64,000 nucleotides of DNA from Rebecca billardiae RCC1528 (lineage: Eukaryota; Protista; Haptophyta), in the NCBI GenBank assembly GCA_965240325.2, contig OZ251234.1, forward strand, positions 930,001 through 994,000, read 5' to 3'. The stretch's first letter is position 1. Every line of letters starts with the position of its first letter. The notes beneath the pieces are model-generated. The model was not told where the DNA came from and searched no databases. It saw nothing but the letters and a program-made list of their open reading frames with translations. A program made the position numbers and the translations under genes. Below, piece after piece: positions 11,976-21,735 of this stretch.

Positions 11976-12281
11976 CCACTGCTGTTACTACCAATACGCC
12001 ACCATCCGTCTTGGGCGTCTGACTGAGTGTCGCAGAGTGAGCCTGGCTTTCCCAGGAGGGGCGCGCCTGTCGACAGTCCCCTGTACTATGATCTACTGCA
12101 TATATATCTGATGACTTCAGAGATTCAGTAATTAATATAAAAGTGATTAACTGTCTTAACTGATGAGTACGGCTACAAGCAGCTAGCATAGTATGAGTAT
12201 CGTCGTCATACCGTGTCGTACGCAGACTACGACGATTTATATAATCATTAAAAAAACCGACGACGCCTGATAGGCTGAATA

Positions 12282-12624
12282 CAGCGCAGGCAGGTGTTTG
12301 GCGCGGCGGCTGGCACTCTCGAGATGGCTGGGATACGACATCCAGGTGCAGCACCCTCCCCGTGTGGTGTCAGAGCGCGCTCTCGAGCGCGTGCCTCCGA
12401 GCGAGCTCGCGCGCCGGGGCGGCCGCTTGCTGCAATGGCATAACCAATGGCCGCCTCGTCCTCGATGAGGTGCGGCAACGCGCCCCTCACCTGCCTGCGC
12501 CGGTCTGTTTTGAGTCAGGCGGTGTCTTTGTGCAGCCGTTGGTTGGATCATGGATGGCGTCAATCACGCCTTATTCCTTAACCAAGTGTGCACGTTAATA
12601 AAACATATACATAGCAGTAAACTG
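12282..12624 (-). mobile_element. Degenerate end of a CAGTTTACTA-terminated (Tc1/mariner-like) element
   Basis: Reverse-complement homology to 44253-44532 and 49550-49829. Ends in AGTAAACTG followed by TA. Confidence 0.7.
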
Positions 12625-13236
12625 TATATATATATACTCAGAATAATAGTTATTAGTGAATTGACGTCAGACTGGCTTTAGAATTAGAAGTTCCGGCGCC
12701 ACTCGTATGTGTATAACGTCACTCACTGAGTCACCGGCGGCCCTACTGTAACGTGTCTACGTTCGCGTAAGCCTGAGTAAGTCAGAATGGCATCATTTAT
12801 TCATTACAACACCGGTACAATACTGAACTGTATAGCAGTAGTAGAGTCTAAGTACCGCCACGTGTCCGACGTAGTACTAATATTCCGCGGCCGGAGTCCC
12901 GCGGCCCGCGGCCGGCGGGTGCCACTCCTACGCGTCGTCGTCGGTCTCGCAGTCGCAAGCGCCAGCCGGCCGCGACCCGCGTGACCCGCGGTGCCGCCGT
13001 GACGCGCCGTCAGATGAAGCCTCGCCGACCCTCTCGGACTCGCGGACCTCGCTCGATCCCGCGTTCACGACGGCGTGTGCTCGAGCCCGGCGTGGGCATC
13101 ATCGTCGAGTGCGACAGCCGACGTTCGTCATTCAGTCCTGCGGCTGCGTGCTCGCGTGCACGCGCATCGGCCACCCATGGAGGATCGCCTCGCGCGCACT
13201 TCTCGCGCCGTCCGTCCGAGAAGACTGGCCGCGCAA

Positions 13237-14299
13237 TCACGAGGACCGCCGCCCACGCCGCCCACTCGCCTGCGTGCGCGGCTGCGCCTCCGGCGGCTGC
13301 GTGCCCTGCGACGCGGCGAACTGGTCCTTGCACGCCTCGGCGAGCGCGCCCCAAGCGTCCTCGTTCAGCTCGACCGGCGCGCGCGGGCCCTCGATCAGCA
13401 CCTTCTCGTTGTCCGGACCGCCCGCCCTGTGCGCCGCGCGGGGCAGGCGGGGAGGCGGGCGTCGGCGCGGCGGGGGGCGCGCGGCGCGCCGCGCGGCGCG
13501 CGCACTTGGAGTACTGCAGGTACATGTCCTTGACCATGCGCTTGGAGATGACCTCTTCGAGCGGCGGGAAGGGCCGCGCCAGCCGCGTCTGCTCGTTAAG
13601 CCCGATCGTGCGGAGCACGGTGAAGAGCGTCTTCTCGCTGACGCGCTTGTCCGAGTGGCGGATGATGCCGATCGTCACGAGCACGAGCGCGAGGTAGAGC
13701 TCCTCCTCTTTGGGCACCTCCGGCTCCATGCCCCGCGGGTGCTTGAGGGTGTTGACGAGCACAAGGCGCGCGTTGGCCGACTTGGCCGCCTGCGTCTCGA
13801 CCGGCTCGTTCTCCGCGGCGGCGCCGTGCGGGCCCTTCTTCGACTCCTCGTCCATCGCGTGGCTGTCCTTCAGCAGCTGGATGTCCATCCCGAAAGTCTC
13901 CTTGAGCTTCGTCCTCGCGTGCTCGAGCGCATAGTCGAGCATCCGACCGCCCGCATGGCCGCCCTTCTCGCTCAGCACCGCCTTGCGCAGATCGGCGCGT
14001 GTGACACCCCGCTTGCTGTGCTCGTGGAAGAGGAAGTAGCGGCCGATCTCGGCGGCGATGCGGTCACGCTCGTCGTCGGGCATGTTGATTTGCGTGCCCT
14101 GCGTGGGCTGCTCCTCGCGGTCGTCGTCCGACTCCTCCGGCTGGGTGCGTGCAGCCTACGCGAGGCGGGCGCGGTGTGGTGGGTTGATCAGGCAAACGAG
14201 GGCGCCGAGATGCGACGCGCGCGCCACGCGGCCTGGGTGCGGTGGTACCTTCTTTCGCTGCGAGCCGGCGCCCTCCCCGCTCGTGCGCTTTGGGGCCAT
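13237..14299 (-). CDS. NSE3: MAGE-domain protein, NSE3 subunit of SMC5/6, 3 exons
   Basis: RYFLF..SK..VTRADL, A..KL.ETFGM, LVLVNTL, V.E..L...L..IG, V..MYL, GPRA..E. A short exon 1 (MAPKRTSGEGAGSQRKK) and an intron at 13427-13505 restore the frame. Confidence 0.82.
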
Positions 14300-14371
14300 G
14301 ACGCGCCCCCCGAGAGCCTCGCGCGTAAGCGCCGCGGTGCACTGGTCGATCGGCCAACGGTGAAAGGCTTC

Positions 14372-14685
14372 TGCTCTGTCACTCACTGTTCCATGGGTTT
14401 GCATCGTCATCGTGGTCCGGGCGGTGAGCACGGGTTTCCCGAGGGCGGCCGAGGTTCATGCATGGCCGCCGCCGCCATCGGCCAGCCCGCTGCGCCGCGC
14501 GCCGGCTGCTTCGTCGCGAGTGCTCGACGGAGCGCGCTGCTATTACGCGCGCCGGTGCACCGGCGCGGCGCGTGCCGTCGCCAACGGCGCGGCGCGCTCG
14601 TGCTCCGCCCGAGGAGGGGGCCAAAACTTGGTCACCTCCCCACTCTGTTGACTCGTGTGGCTCCTGTGAGGATCCACACGCGTCA
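14372..14685 (+). repeat. Split direct repeat A1
   Basis: Matches 19657-19978 except for an 8-bp insertion in A2. Confidence 0.95.
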
Positions 14686-14781
14686 ACTCCGCGGCGCCTT
14701 CGGCTCCGCGTGACAAGCTACCTCCCCGCCGGCCTCCTGCCGGCGAAGCTCTTCTCTCCGTCGAAGAGGCGCTCGGGGATC

Positions 14782-16128
14782 ATGTCCGCCAAGCGCACCA
14801 CCCCTCCTACTCCTGCCGCTGGCGACGAGCGCGGCGAGAACCAGGAGGAAATGATTGCCGGCGCGCGCGCGACGACGGACGCGCGCGTGCCACCCGCGGG
14901 CCAGGCGCGCCGGAGCGCGCGCCTGGGCACCGGCCCCAAGACCAACGCCGAGACCGGCGACGCCGCGCGCGGCGGCGTCTCCGGCGCTCCTCCGCGCTCC
15001 ACGGCGCGCGCTGCGGCGCGCGCTGCGGGCTCGGCCGCGGCGTGCGACGACGACGACGGCGACGGCGGCGGCGACGACGACGAGGACTGCTCTGGCCTCG
15101 AGGGCGACGAGGGCGGGGACGCGGACGGGGACGGCGATGGCGGTCGGCCGCCGACACCGGACCCACTGCGCCGCGCCGCTCTGCCCGGCGCTTCGCCCCG
15201 GGCCGGCTCCGGCCTTGAGCGTCTCTCCGAGCAGGTTGAGTCGATCGCCACGTCCATGTCGGCCTTTCAGGACGTGATGAGCTCGCTCGTCGAGCGCATG
15301 GACGCGCAGGGCGCCGCGATCGAGGCGCTGCAGACGCGCGAGCAGGACGGCCGCGGCGTCAACTCGGAGGACGAGGCCGGCCGGCGTTACGCCCCGGTCG
15401 CCGACAACAACCCGTTCCTCCGCACCGTCAACATCCCGGGGGGCCAGAAGGTGAAGCCCCAGCTCTTCACCGAGTACGGCAACTGGGCGATCCAGCGTCT
15501 CCACAAGGGTCACGGGGAGCTGCGCCAGCAGTCGGCGGTTTGCCGCAGCGTCGTGCTCAACTCGTCGTGCCTCTTCTCGCTCTTCAACGCGGAGCGGGAG
15601 CTCGAGGCGATCATCGCGGACCTGAACGCGGGCGAGGAGATCACGGGCGACGACGTGCAGCGCGTGCTCAACACGGTCGACGGCGTTTCCAAGATGCTCC
15701 ACCGCGCCTACTCGCTCGACTTGGTGCGCGCGCGCTTCCCGAAGGAGCTCAACGCGGCGCAGCGCGCCGAGCTCGACTTCATCTCCGAGTTCGTCGAGCG
15801 CCGGATCGACGCGGCGGACGGGGTCCCGCTCGACGCCGACGTCGCGCGCGCGCAGGAGGAGTACTTCCGCGCGGCCAAGGCCTCGCACCTGCGCGTGCTG
15901 GCGGCGACGGGCCGCGGCTTGGGCGGCGTCGAGGCCGATGGTGGCTCGGACACGGGCGCGCACTCGGAGCTCGGCGGCGGCGGCGGACGCCACGGCGGCG
16001 GCGGCGCAGGTCGCGGCTCCGGCCTCCGCGGCCGCGGTGGCGGCGGCGGCGGCGGCGGCTCGGGCCGTGGGGCCGGCGGCGGCGGCAGGGGCGCTGCCGC
16101 CGGCGCGCAGCGCGCCTCTCGCAAGTGA
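14782..16128 (+). CDS. Gag-like ORF1 of the YR retrotransposon
   Basis: First ORF after A1. Acidic/coiled-coil N-terminal half, helical core, Gly/Arg-rich tail. Assigned by position. Confidence 0.75.
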   Translation: MSAKRTTPPTPAAGDERGENQEEMIAGARATTDARVPPAGQARRSARLGTGPKTNAETGDAARGGVSGAPPRSTARAAARAAGSAAACDDDDGDGGGDDDEDCSGLEGDEGGDADGDGDGGRPPTPDPLRRAALPGASPRAGSGLERLSEQVESIATSMSAFQDVMSSLVERMDAQGAAIEALQTREQDGRGVNSEDEAGRRYAPVADNNPFLRTVNIPGGQKVKPQLFTEYGNWAIQRLHKGHGELRQQSAVCRSVVLNSSCLFSLFNAERELEAIIADLNAGEEITGDDVQRVLNTVDGVSKMLHRAYSLDLVRARFPKELNAAQRAELDFISEFVERRIDAADGVPLDADVARAQEEYFRAAKASHLRVLAATGRGLGGVEADGGSDTGAHSELGGGGGRHGGGGAGRGSGLRGRGGGGGGGGSGRGAGGGGRGAAAGAQRASRK

Positions 16129-18535
16129 GGCGCGGCGAGGGGGCCCGCCGGCGCGGCGCGGTGGCGGGGGTGGCGGTGGCGATCGCTCGCCGCCGCCTCC
16201 CCCGCTGCCCCGACGTGCGCGCCCACTGGGGCGCGACGCCGGGCCGGCGCCGCCCCCTCGCCACCGGCCGCGCGCGCGCGCGGGCGACTCCCCACTTGGG
16301 AGCGCGCGCGCGCGCGGCCGGTCGCCGACTCCGCGCCCGGCCTTCCGGGCGCGCGAGCGGGCGGACGCGACATCGCGCCCGCCCGACCGGCGGAGCCGGC
16401 CCCCGTCGTCGGGGGCCGGCTCCTGGCCCGCCCGCATGGGCGGGCCGCAGCTCGCCCACGGTGGCGACTCGTCATCCCCGCCGGCGCGGCGCGCCCCGAC
16501 GCCGCCGCCGGCCGTGCGCAGCTCGCCCAAGCTGCGCCACCGCGTCCGCCGGCAGCTGGCCGAATGGCAGCGTGCCGGCGCGTCCCCGCGCGTGCTGCGA
16601 TGGCTGCGCGAGGGCGTGCGCTGCCCGTGGCTTCGCGGGCGGCCGCCTCCGCCCTTCCACTTGGGCGAGAGCCTGACGGACGCGACGCCCGAGCAGCTCG
16701 CTTTCCTCGAGCAGGAGACCGCGCGCTGCCTGGCGACGGGCGCGTGGGAGCCGGCGGAGTGCCGCTCGCACGTGAGCCGGGCCTTCCTCGTGCCCAAGCC
16801 CACCCCGCCCGGGGCGCCACCCAAGTGGCGCCTGGTGGTCGACCTCCGCGCGCTGAACGAGTGGTGCGCGCCGGCCAGCTGCCGCTACGAGTCCCTCCGG
16901 CGGCTGCAGCGGCTCGCGCGTCGAGGCGATTGGATGCTATCCTTCGATCTGCAGGATGGATACCACGCCATCGGGATCCATCCCGAGCACCGGCGCTACT
17001 TCACGTTCAGCCTGCCGGGGCCCGACGGCGCGCCGCGCTACTTCCAGTGCGCGGCGCTGCCCTTCGGCTGGAACCTCAGCCCATACGTCTTCACCAAGGT
17101 GATGCGCGTGATGGTGCAGCAGCTGCGCGCGCCGCGCGCGGCGCCGCGCGTGGCTCAGCGCGCGGGCGCGCTGAGCGCGGCGGCGCGCGCGCTGCTGCGG
17201 CGCGTCCGACGGCGCGACCCGGCGGCGCGCGGGATGCGGGTGCTGCCGTACGTGGACGACTTCCTCATCGTCGCCCCCTCCCGCGACAGCTGCCTCGCGT
17301 GTCGGCGCTTCGTCCAGCAGCTGCTCGACCGGCTCGGCCTTGTCCGCCATCCGGACAAGGGCTTCTGGGAGCCGACGCAGCGGCTCGAGCACCTCGGCAT
17401 CGAGGTGGACACCGCGCGCGGCCTCTTCCTCGTGCCGCCGCGCAAGCAGCAGCAGATCGCAGCCCAGGCTCGCGAGCTGCTCTGCGTCGCCGCGAGCCGC
17501 CGCCGGCTCGTCTCGGCGATCCAGCTGTCCTGCCTGGTGGGCCGCGCTCAGTCGGTGCACCTCGCGTGCCCGGCCGCGCGCTTCTACCTGCGCGAGCTGC
17601 ACACGGTCATCGCGTCCCGCGCGTCGTGGGGCTCGCTCGTGCGGCTCACGCGGCAGGCGCTGCGCGACCTCCGCTGGTGGGCGGCGTTGCCCACCGCGGC
17701 GGTGAGCCGGGCGATCTGGCGCTCGCCGGCCGAGGTCACCTTGCACTGCGACGCGAGCCGCCGCGGCTGGGGCGGCATGCTGGAGGAGACAGTGCCAGCG
17801 CACGGGTTTTGGACGCCGCGCGAGCGAGGCCACCACATCACGTACCTCGAGCTTCTCGCGGTACAGCGCTCGCTCGACGCGTTCATCTCGCGCCTGCGTG
17901 GGCGCGCCGTCCTCCTATGGGAGGACAACCAGGCGGTGCGGCAGATCCTCACGGCGGGCACGTCGCGCTCGCGCGAGTTGATGCGGCTGCTGCGCCGCGT
18001 CTGGTGGCTACTCGACTCGGAGGGCATCGACCTGCGGGTCGAGTACATCCGCTCCGAGGACAACGTCGGGGCGGACTCGCTCAGCCGGCTGCGCGCGGAG
18101 GACGAGACGTCGCTGCGCCCGGCGGCCTTTGCGGCGCTCGAGCGCCGCTGGGGGCCGCACACGATCGATCGCTTCGCGGCGCCGGACAATCGGCTGCTCG
18201 CGCGCTGCAACGCGCTGACTCCGGCGGGCGGCGCGGTCGAGGCGGTGAACGCCTTCTCGCGCGATTGGCGCGGCGAGAACAATTACGTCTTCCCGCCGAC
18301 GCGGCTGCTCGACCAGGTCGCGCAGCTGCTCGAGGAGCAGCGCCCCGACGCGACGGTGGTCGCGCCGTACTGGCCCGCGCAAAGCTGGTTTCAGCGCCTC
18401 TTCGAGCTCTCGGCCGATCTCGTGCTGCTGCCGGCCAGCAGCTCGGTGGACGTGCACCCGGCGGCGTCGCCGCGGGTCATGCGGGCAACGCACCTCGCGC
18501 CGCTTGCGGTTTTCCGCTTGCGGCGGCGCGGGTGA
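15938..18535 (+). CDS. Reverse transcriptase - RNase H - DNA adenine methyltransferase-like polyprotein
   Basis: RT: WRLVVDLR.LN, DLQDGYH, LPFGW..SP..F, YVDD. RH: CDAS..GWG, HITYLELLAV, EDN, N..ADSLSR. MT: IDRFA...N, NAF..W, YVFPP, VAPYWP.QSWF. Confidence 0.95.
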   Translation: MVARTRARTRSSAAAADATAAAAQVAAPASAAAVAAAAAAARAVGPAAAAGALPPARSAPLASEARRGGPPARRGGGGGGGDRSPPPPPLPRRARPLGRDAGPAPPPRHRPRARAGDSPLGSARARGRSPTPRPAFRARERADATSRPPDRRSRPPSSGAGSWPARMGGPQLAHGGDSSSPPARRAPTPPPAVRSSPKLRHRVRRQLAEWQRAGASPRVLRWLREGVRCPWLRGRPPPPFHLGESLTDATPEQLAFLEQETARCLATGAWEPAECRSHVSRAFLVPKPTPPGAPPKWRLVVDLRALNEWCAPASCRYESLRRLQRLARRGDWMLSFDLQDGYHAIGIHPEHRRYFTFSLPGPDGAPRYFQCAALPFGWNLSPYVFTKVMRVMVQQLRAPRAAPRVAQRAGALSAAARALLRRVRRRDPAARGMRVLPYVDDFLIVAPSRDSCLACRRFVQQLLDRLGLVRHPDKGFWEPTQRLEHLGIEVDTARGLFLVPPRKQQQIAAQARELLCVAASRRRLVSAIQLSCLVGRAQSVHLACPAARFYLRELHTVIASRASWGSLVRLTRQALRDLRWWAALPTAAVSRAIWRSPAEVTLHCDASRRGWGGMLEETVPAHGFWTPRERGHHITYLELLAVQRSLDAFISRLRGRAVLLWEDNQAVRQILTAGTSRSRELMRLLRRVWWLLDSEGIDLRVEYIRSEDNVGADSLSRLRAEDETSLRPAAFAALERRWGPHTIDRFAAPDNRLLARCNALTPAGGAVEAVNAFSRDWRGENNYVFPPTRLLDQVAQLLEEQRPDATVVAPYWPAQSWFQRLFELSADLVLLPASSSVDVHPAASPRVMRATHLAPLAVFRLRRRG

Positions 18536-19632
18536 CCCCGCCGCACGTGGCGGGGCCTGCCCCGCGCGTGCCTTGGGCGGCGGCGGCCGCTCGCGCGTGG
18601 GCGGCGCAGCTGGGCGACACGCCGCAAACGGCGTTCGTTCTGGACACGCTCGCGTCCAGCCTACAGTCCAGCTCGGCTCGCGCATACGGCCGTCACTGGG
18701 CGGCCTTTGAGGCGTGGTGCGCGTCGCAGGCGGACTCGCCTGCGGCGCTGCCTGCCTCGACGGCGACGGTGCTGCGCTACCTCGCGCACATTGGCGCGCG
18801 CGGCACTGTCGCGGCGGACAGCCTGCAGCCGTACCTCTCCGCGATCAACGCGGTGCATCGCGACTTGCTGCTCGAGCGGCCCGCGATCGGCCCGGCGGTG
18901 ACCCGCTTTCGGCGGGGCCTCGCCAATCGGCAGCTGCAGGGCGGCCGCGCCGCAGAGCGGGTGTACCTCCCGGCGCGCGTCGTCTCCGAGGCGCTCGACT
19001 GGGCGCTGGGTGCGCGCGTGCGCGTCTCCGCGCGCGATCCGCGGCCTGCGCAGCTTTTCCGCGCTGCGGTCGCGGTGGTGCTCAACTTCGTCTGGTTCGC
19101 GCGCTCGGACACGGGCGCCGCGCTGCGCTGCTCCGACATCGACACGCAGCACGGCGGCATCGCGCTCGTCAACGTGCGCGAGAAGGGGCGCTCGCACCGG
19201 CGGCACTCGCGCGTGATCCGCATTCCGGAGGGCGCGCTGCCGGACGTGCAGCGCCTGCTGCGCAAGTGGGAGCGCTTGCGCGGGCCGGCGGCTCCCGGCG
19301 CGAGCTACTTTGCGCTGCCGTGGGAGCGCGGGCGCCGCTTCCGCGCTCCCGTGCTGGACGAGTGGCTGCAGCTCGTCCTGCACCACCTCGGGGCACGCGC
19401 GCCGCTGGGGCAGAAGTGGACGTCTCACTCGGCGCGCAAGGGCGCGGCGAGCGCGTCGAGCGCGATCAATGTTGTGCTCGACAAGATCTGCCACATGGGT
19501 GGCTGGTCGATCCGCTCGGCTGCGGTGCACGACTACATCGACCCGACGTGCATCGCTGACGACGCGTGCTGGCGGCTCTTCGGCTGGCTGGCACCGGCGC
19601 CGCCCCCGAGGTCTCTTCTTCATGGCAACTGA
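18532..19632 (+). CDS. Tyrosine recombinase
   Basis: Catalytic set R (FARSD), K (EKGR), HSAR, W (GGW), Y (DYID). N-terminal domain Y..HW..F..WC. True start is uncertain: GTG at 18532, and the frame is open from 16564. Confidence 0.92.
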   Translation: MTPPHVAGPAPRVPWAAAAARAWAAQLGDTPQTAFVLDTLASSLQSSSARAYGRHWAAFEAWCASQADSPAALPASTATVLRYLAHIGARGTVAADSLQPYLSAINAVHRDLLLERPAIGPAVTRFRRGLANRQLQGGRAAERVYLPARVVSEALDWALGARVRVSARDPRPAQLFRAAVAVVLNFVWFARSDTGAALRCSDIDTQHGGIALVNVREKGRSHRRHSRVIRIPEGALPDVQRLLRKWERLRGPAAPGASYFALPWERGRRFRAPVLDEWLQLVLHHLGARAPLGQKWTSHSARKGAASASSAINVVLDKICHMGGWSIRSAAVHDYIDPTCIADDACWRLFGWLAPAPPPRSLLHGN

Positions 19633-20121
19633 TGGTCTTAACTGACTGTGGGCAAATGCTCTGTCACTCACTGTTCCATGGGTTTGCATCGTCATCGTGG
19701 TCCAGGCGGTGAGCACGGGTTTCCCGAGGGCGGCCGAGGTTCATGCATGGCCGCCGCCGCCATCGGCCAGCCCGCTGCGCCGCGCGCCGGCTGCTTCGTC
19801 GCGAGTGCTCGACGGAGCGCGCTGCTATTACGCGCGCCGGTGGCCCGGTGCACCGGCGCGGCGCGTGCCGTCGCCAACGGCGCGGCGCGCTCGTGCTCCG
19901 CCCGAGGAGGGGGCCAAAACTTGGTCACCTCCCCACTCTGTTGACTCGTGTGGCTCCTGTGAGGATCCACACGCGTCACCCGGCCTCTCCCACCCCTCTG
20001 TTGGGTCTGTGTGCGCACGCGGGAATAGCCCGCGTGCCGGGGCCATACCTCCCACTGGGAGGGCGTACACTTAAAGAGCGTAGCTTATGGCAACTGATGG
20101 TCTTAACTGACTGTGGGCAAA
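19622..20121 (+). repeat. 3' terminal repeats B1-A2-(unique)-B2
   Basis: The 35-bp ATGGCAACTGATGGTCTTAACTGACTGTGGGCAAA occurs at 19622 and 20087. Confidence 0.95.
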
Positions 20122-20344
20122 CTTGGTATTAAAAGTCCTGCGCATCACCCGGACCCCCTGCGCTTGCTCAGACGCCGCAGCGTGCGCACTGCAGGCGCAG
20201 CGTGGTCGGGAGGGCAGTAGAAGACGAGATCCCGAAGGCGGGCACTCTGTCAGCACGGCCGCAAGCGCAGTGCAGCCGGCGTCACGCGGCCCCCTCACTG
20301 TTACTAGCTAGTGTTAGCGGCTACGCGTTCACTGCATCAGCCGC

Positions 20345-21466
20345 TCAGGCGCTGCGCCCGCGCTGCGAGTGCCGCAGGAGCCTCGGCGGGTATGGGTAGC
20401 CGAGGCACGCGTAATCCTGGCGGTAGTGGCGCGCGAGGCGCAGGAGCAGCTCATCGGGCACGCGCTCGACCGCCTCGTACACCGTCTCGCCACCCTCGTT
20501 CACGTTCCGCTTCCCCGCCTTGCGAGCCGCGATCACGATCGGCTTGCCGCGCGGCCGCAGGAGCTTCCCATGCGCCCTCTCGATCTGCTGCATGTGCTCA
20601 GGCAGGTGCTCGAGGCGCGCGACGCGGCTGATGGGCCAACGGAAGAGCGCGAGGAAGAACGACTGCGAGAACGCGTGCATCGGCAGCGCCACGTTGTACC
20701 CGGGCACGAGCGGCTTCACGTGCCGCCCAAAGAGCGCGGTGTTGTGCACGAGCTTGCCGCTCGTCAGGTGGCGCACGTACATGCTGAACGCGGCGGTGGC
20801 GTTGCGCTCGTACAGCCAAGGCGGGCACGCGAAGCGCGGCAATCGCCCGCCCGCCGAGGGTGCGACGTGTCCGCCCCCGCAGCCCGCCTGGATGAAGCGT
20901 TTCCGCACCGTGCCATACGCCGAGATGGCGCGCTCGAGGGGCTCGCGCACGATGGCGAACGCCGGCATCGGGTCGTTGCGCCGCTTCCAGCGCGTCAAGG
21001 TCGCGCGCGCCTTCGCGGCGGCGAGGGGCGTCAGGTGCATCATCAGCCCGGCGGCCGTCTTGAAGGAGGTGCTCCCCGCCTTCGGGATCTCGACGTACGC
21101 GACGAGCGGCCGCCGCTTGATCCCCTGATGCTGCTTGCCACTGTCGGCCAGCCTGGCGGGCAGGATGCGCCCGTACGGCTGAAAGACGAGGTCGGCCGCG
21201 CGCGGGATGAGATCGACGCCCGCGGCCAGGTCTTCGATGACGGTCATGTCGAGCGGGTGCGATGGTGTCGACAGGTCGATGCTGTAGTTCTCGTGCCTCG
21301 CGAAGAAGTGGCGGCACTCGTCATTCAGCCGAGGGTCACCCCCGATGAGCTCGGTTGGGAGACTGCTCTCGTCTACGGTCGCCTCAAGCGTGGGCGCGGG
21401 GCTCGCCGCCAGGAGGAACGCGAGCGACGCGCCCCACGTGCACCGATGGCGCCAGCCCTGACCCAT
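20345..21466 (-). CDS. Carbohydrate sulfotransferase (Sulfotransfer_2-like)
   Basis: PAPS-binding motifs YVEIPKAGSTS and FAIVREPLER.ISAY, plus H..SQ, RLE and Y..DY..LGY. Hydrophobic N-terminus. Start uncertain. Confidence 0.85.
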   Translation of the reverse strand: MGQGWRHRCTWGASLAFLLAASPAPTLEATVDESSLPTELIGGDPRLNDECRHFFARHENYSIDLSTPSHPLDMTVIEDLAAGVDLIPRAADLVFQPYGRILPARLADSGKQHQGIKRRPLVAYVEIPKAGSTSFKTAAGLMMHLTPLAAAKARATLTRWKRRNDPMPAFAIVREPLERAISAYGTVRKRFIQAGCGGGHVAPSAGGRLPRFACPPWLYERNATAAFSMYVRHLTSGKLVHNTALFGRHVKPLVPGYNVALPMHAFSQSFFLALFRWPISRVARLEHLPEHMQQIERAHGKLLRPRGKPIVIAARKAGKRNVNEGGETVYEAVERVPDELLLRLARHYRQDYACLGYPYPPRLLRHSQRGRSA

Positions 21467-21575
21467 CGCTTCGCTGGGTGCGAAGCACTTCGCGCGCGCG
21501 AATCTGCTCGTGCGTCTACGTATTTTCGGTGGGGTTTCATTTAATCCGCCGAAAATGCTATGAGTGTTTGACCGT

Positions 21576-21674
21576 TGCGCCGGTCTGTTTTGTGGCGCGG
21601 TGTCTTTGTGCAGTGTTGGATGGCGTCGATCACGCCTTAACCAGGACGTGTGCACGTGAAAACAGAGTAAACTG
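21576..21674 (-). mobile_element. Short relic of the CAGTTTACTA-type terminus
   Basis: Homologous to 12496-12624 and to the reverse complement of 44253-44350. Confidence 0.65.
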
Positions 21675-21735
21675 TACTGCCAAAGCTGGTACTGTATGGC
21701 AGTAGCTGGCGACTAGTTGACTCAATGGAGAGAGT

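Larger units (their letters stand above)
14372..20121 (+). mobile_element. Full-length PAT-like (DIRS order) tyrosine-recombinase retrotransposon with split direct repeats
   Basis: Layout: A1 (14372-14685), gag, RT/RH/MT, YR, B1 (19622-19656), A2 (19657-19978), B2 (20087-20121). No clear TSD. Confidence 0.93.

Noticed and set aside
14372-19978. LTR retrotransposon (A1/A2 as LTRs)
   Set aside because: No integrase or protease, no TG..CA ends or TSD. The YR and B repeats show a split-direct-repeat element.
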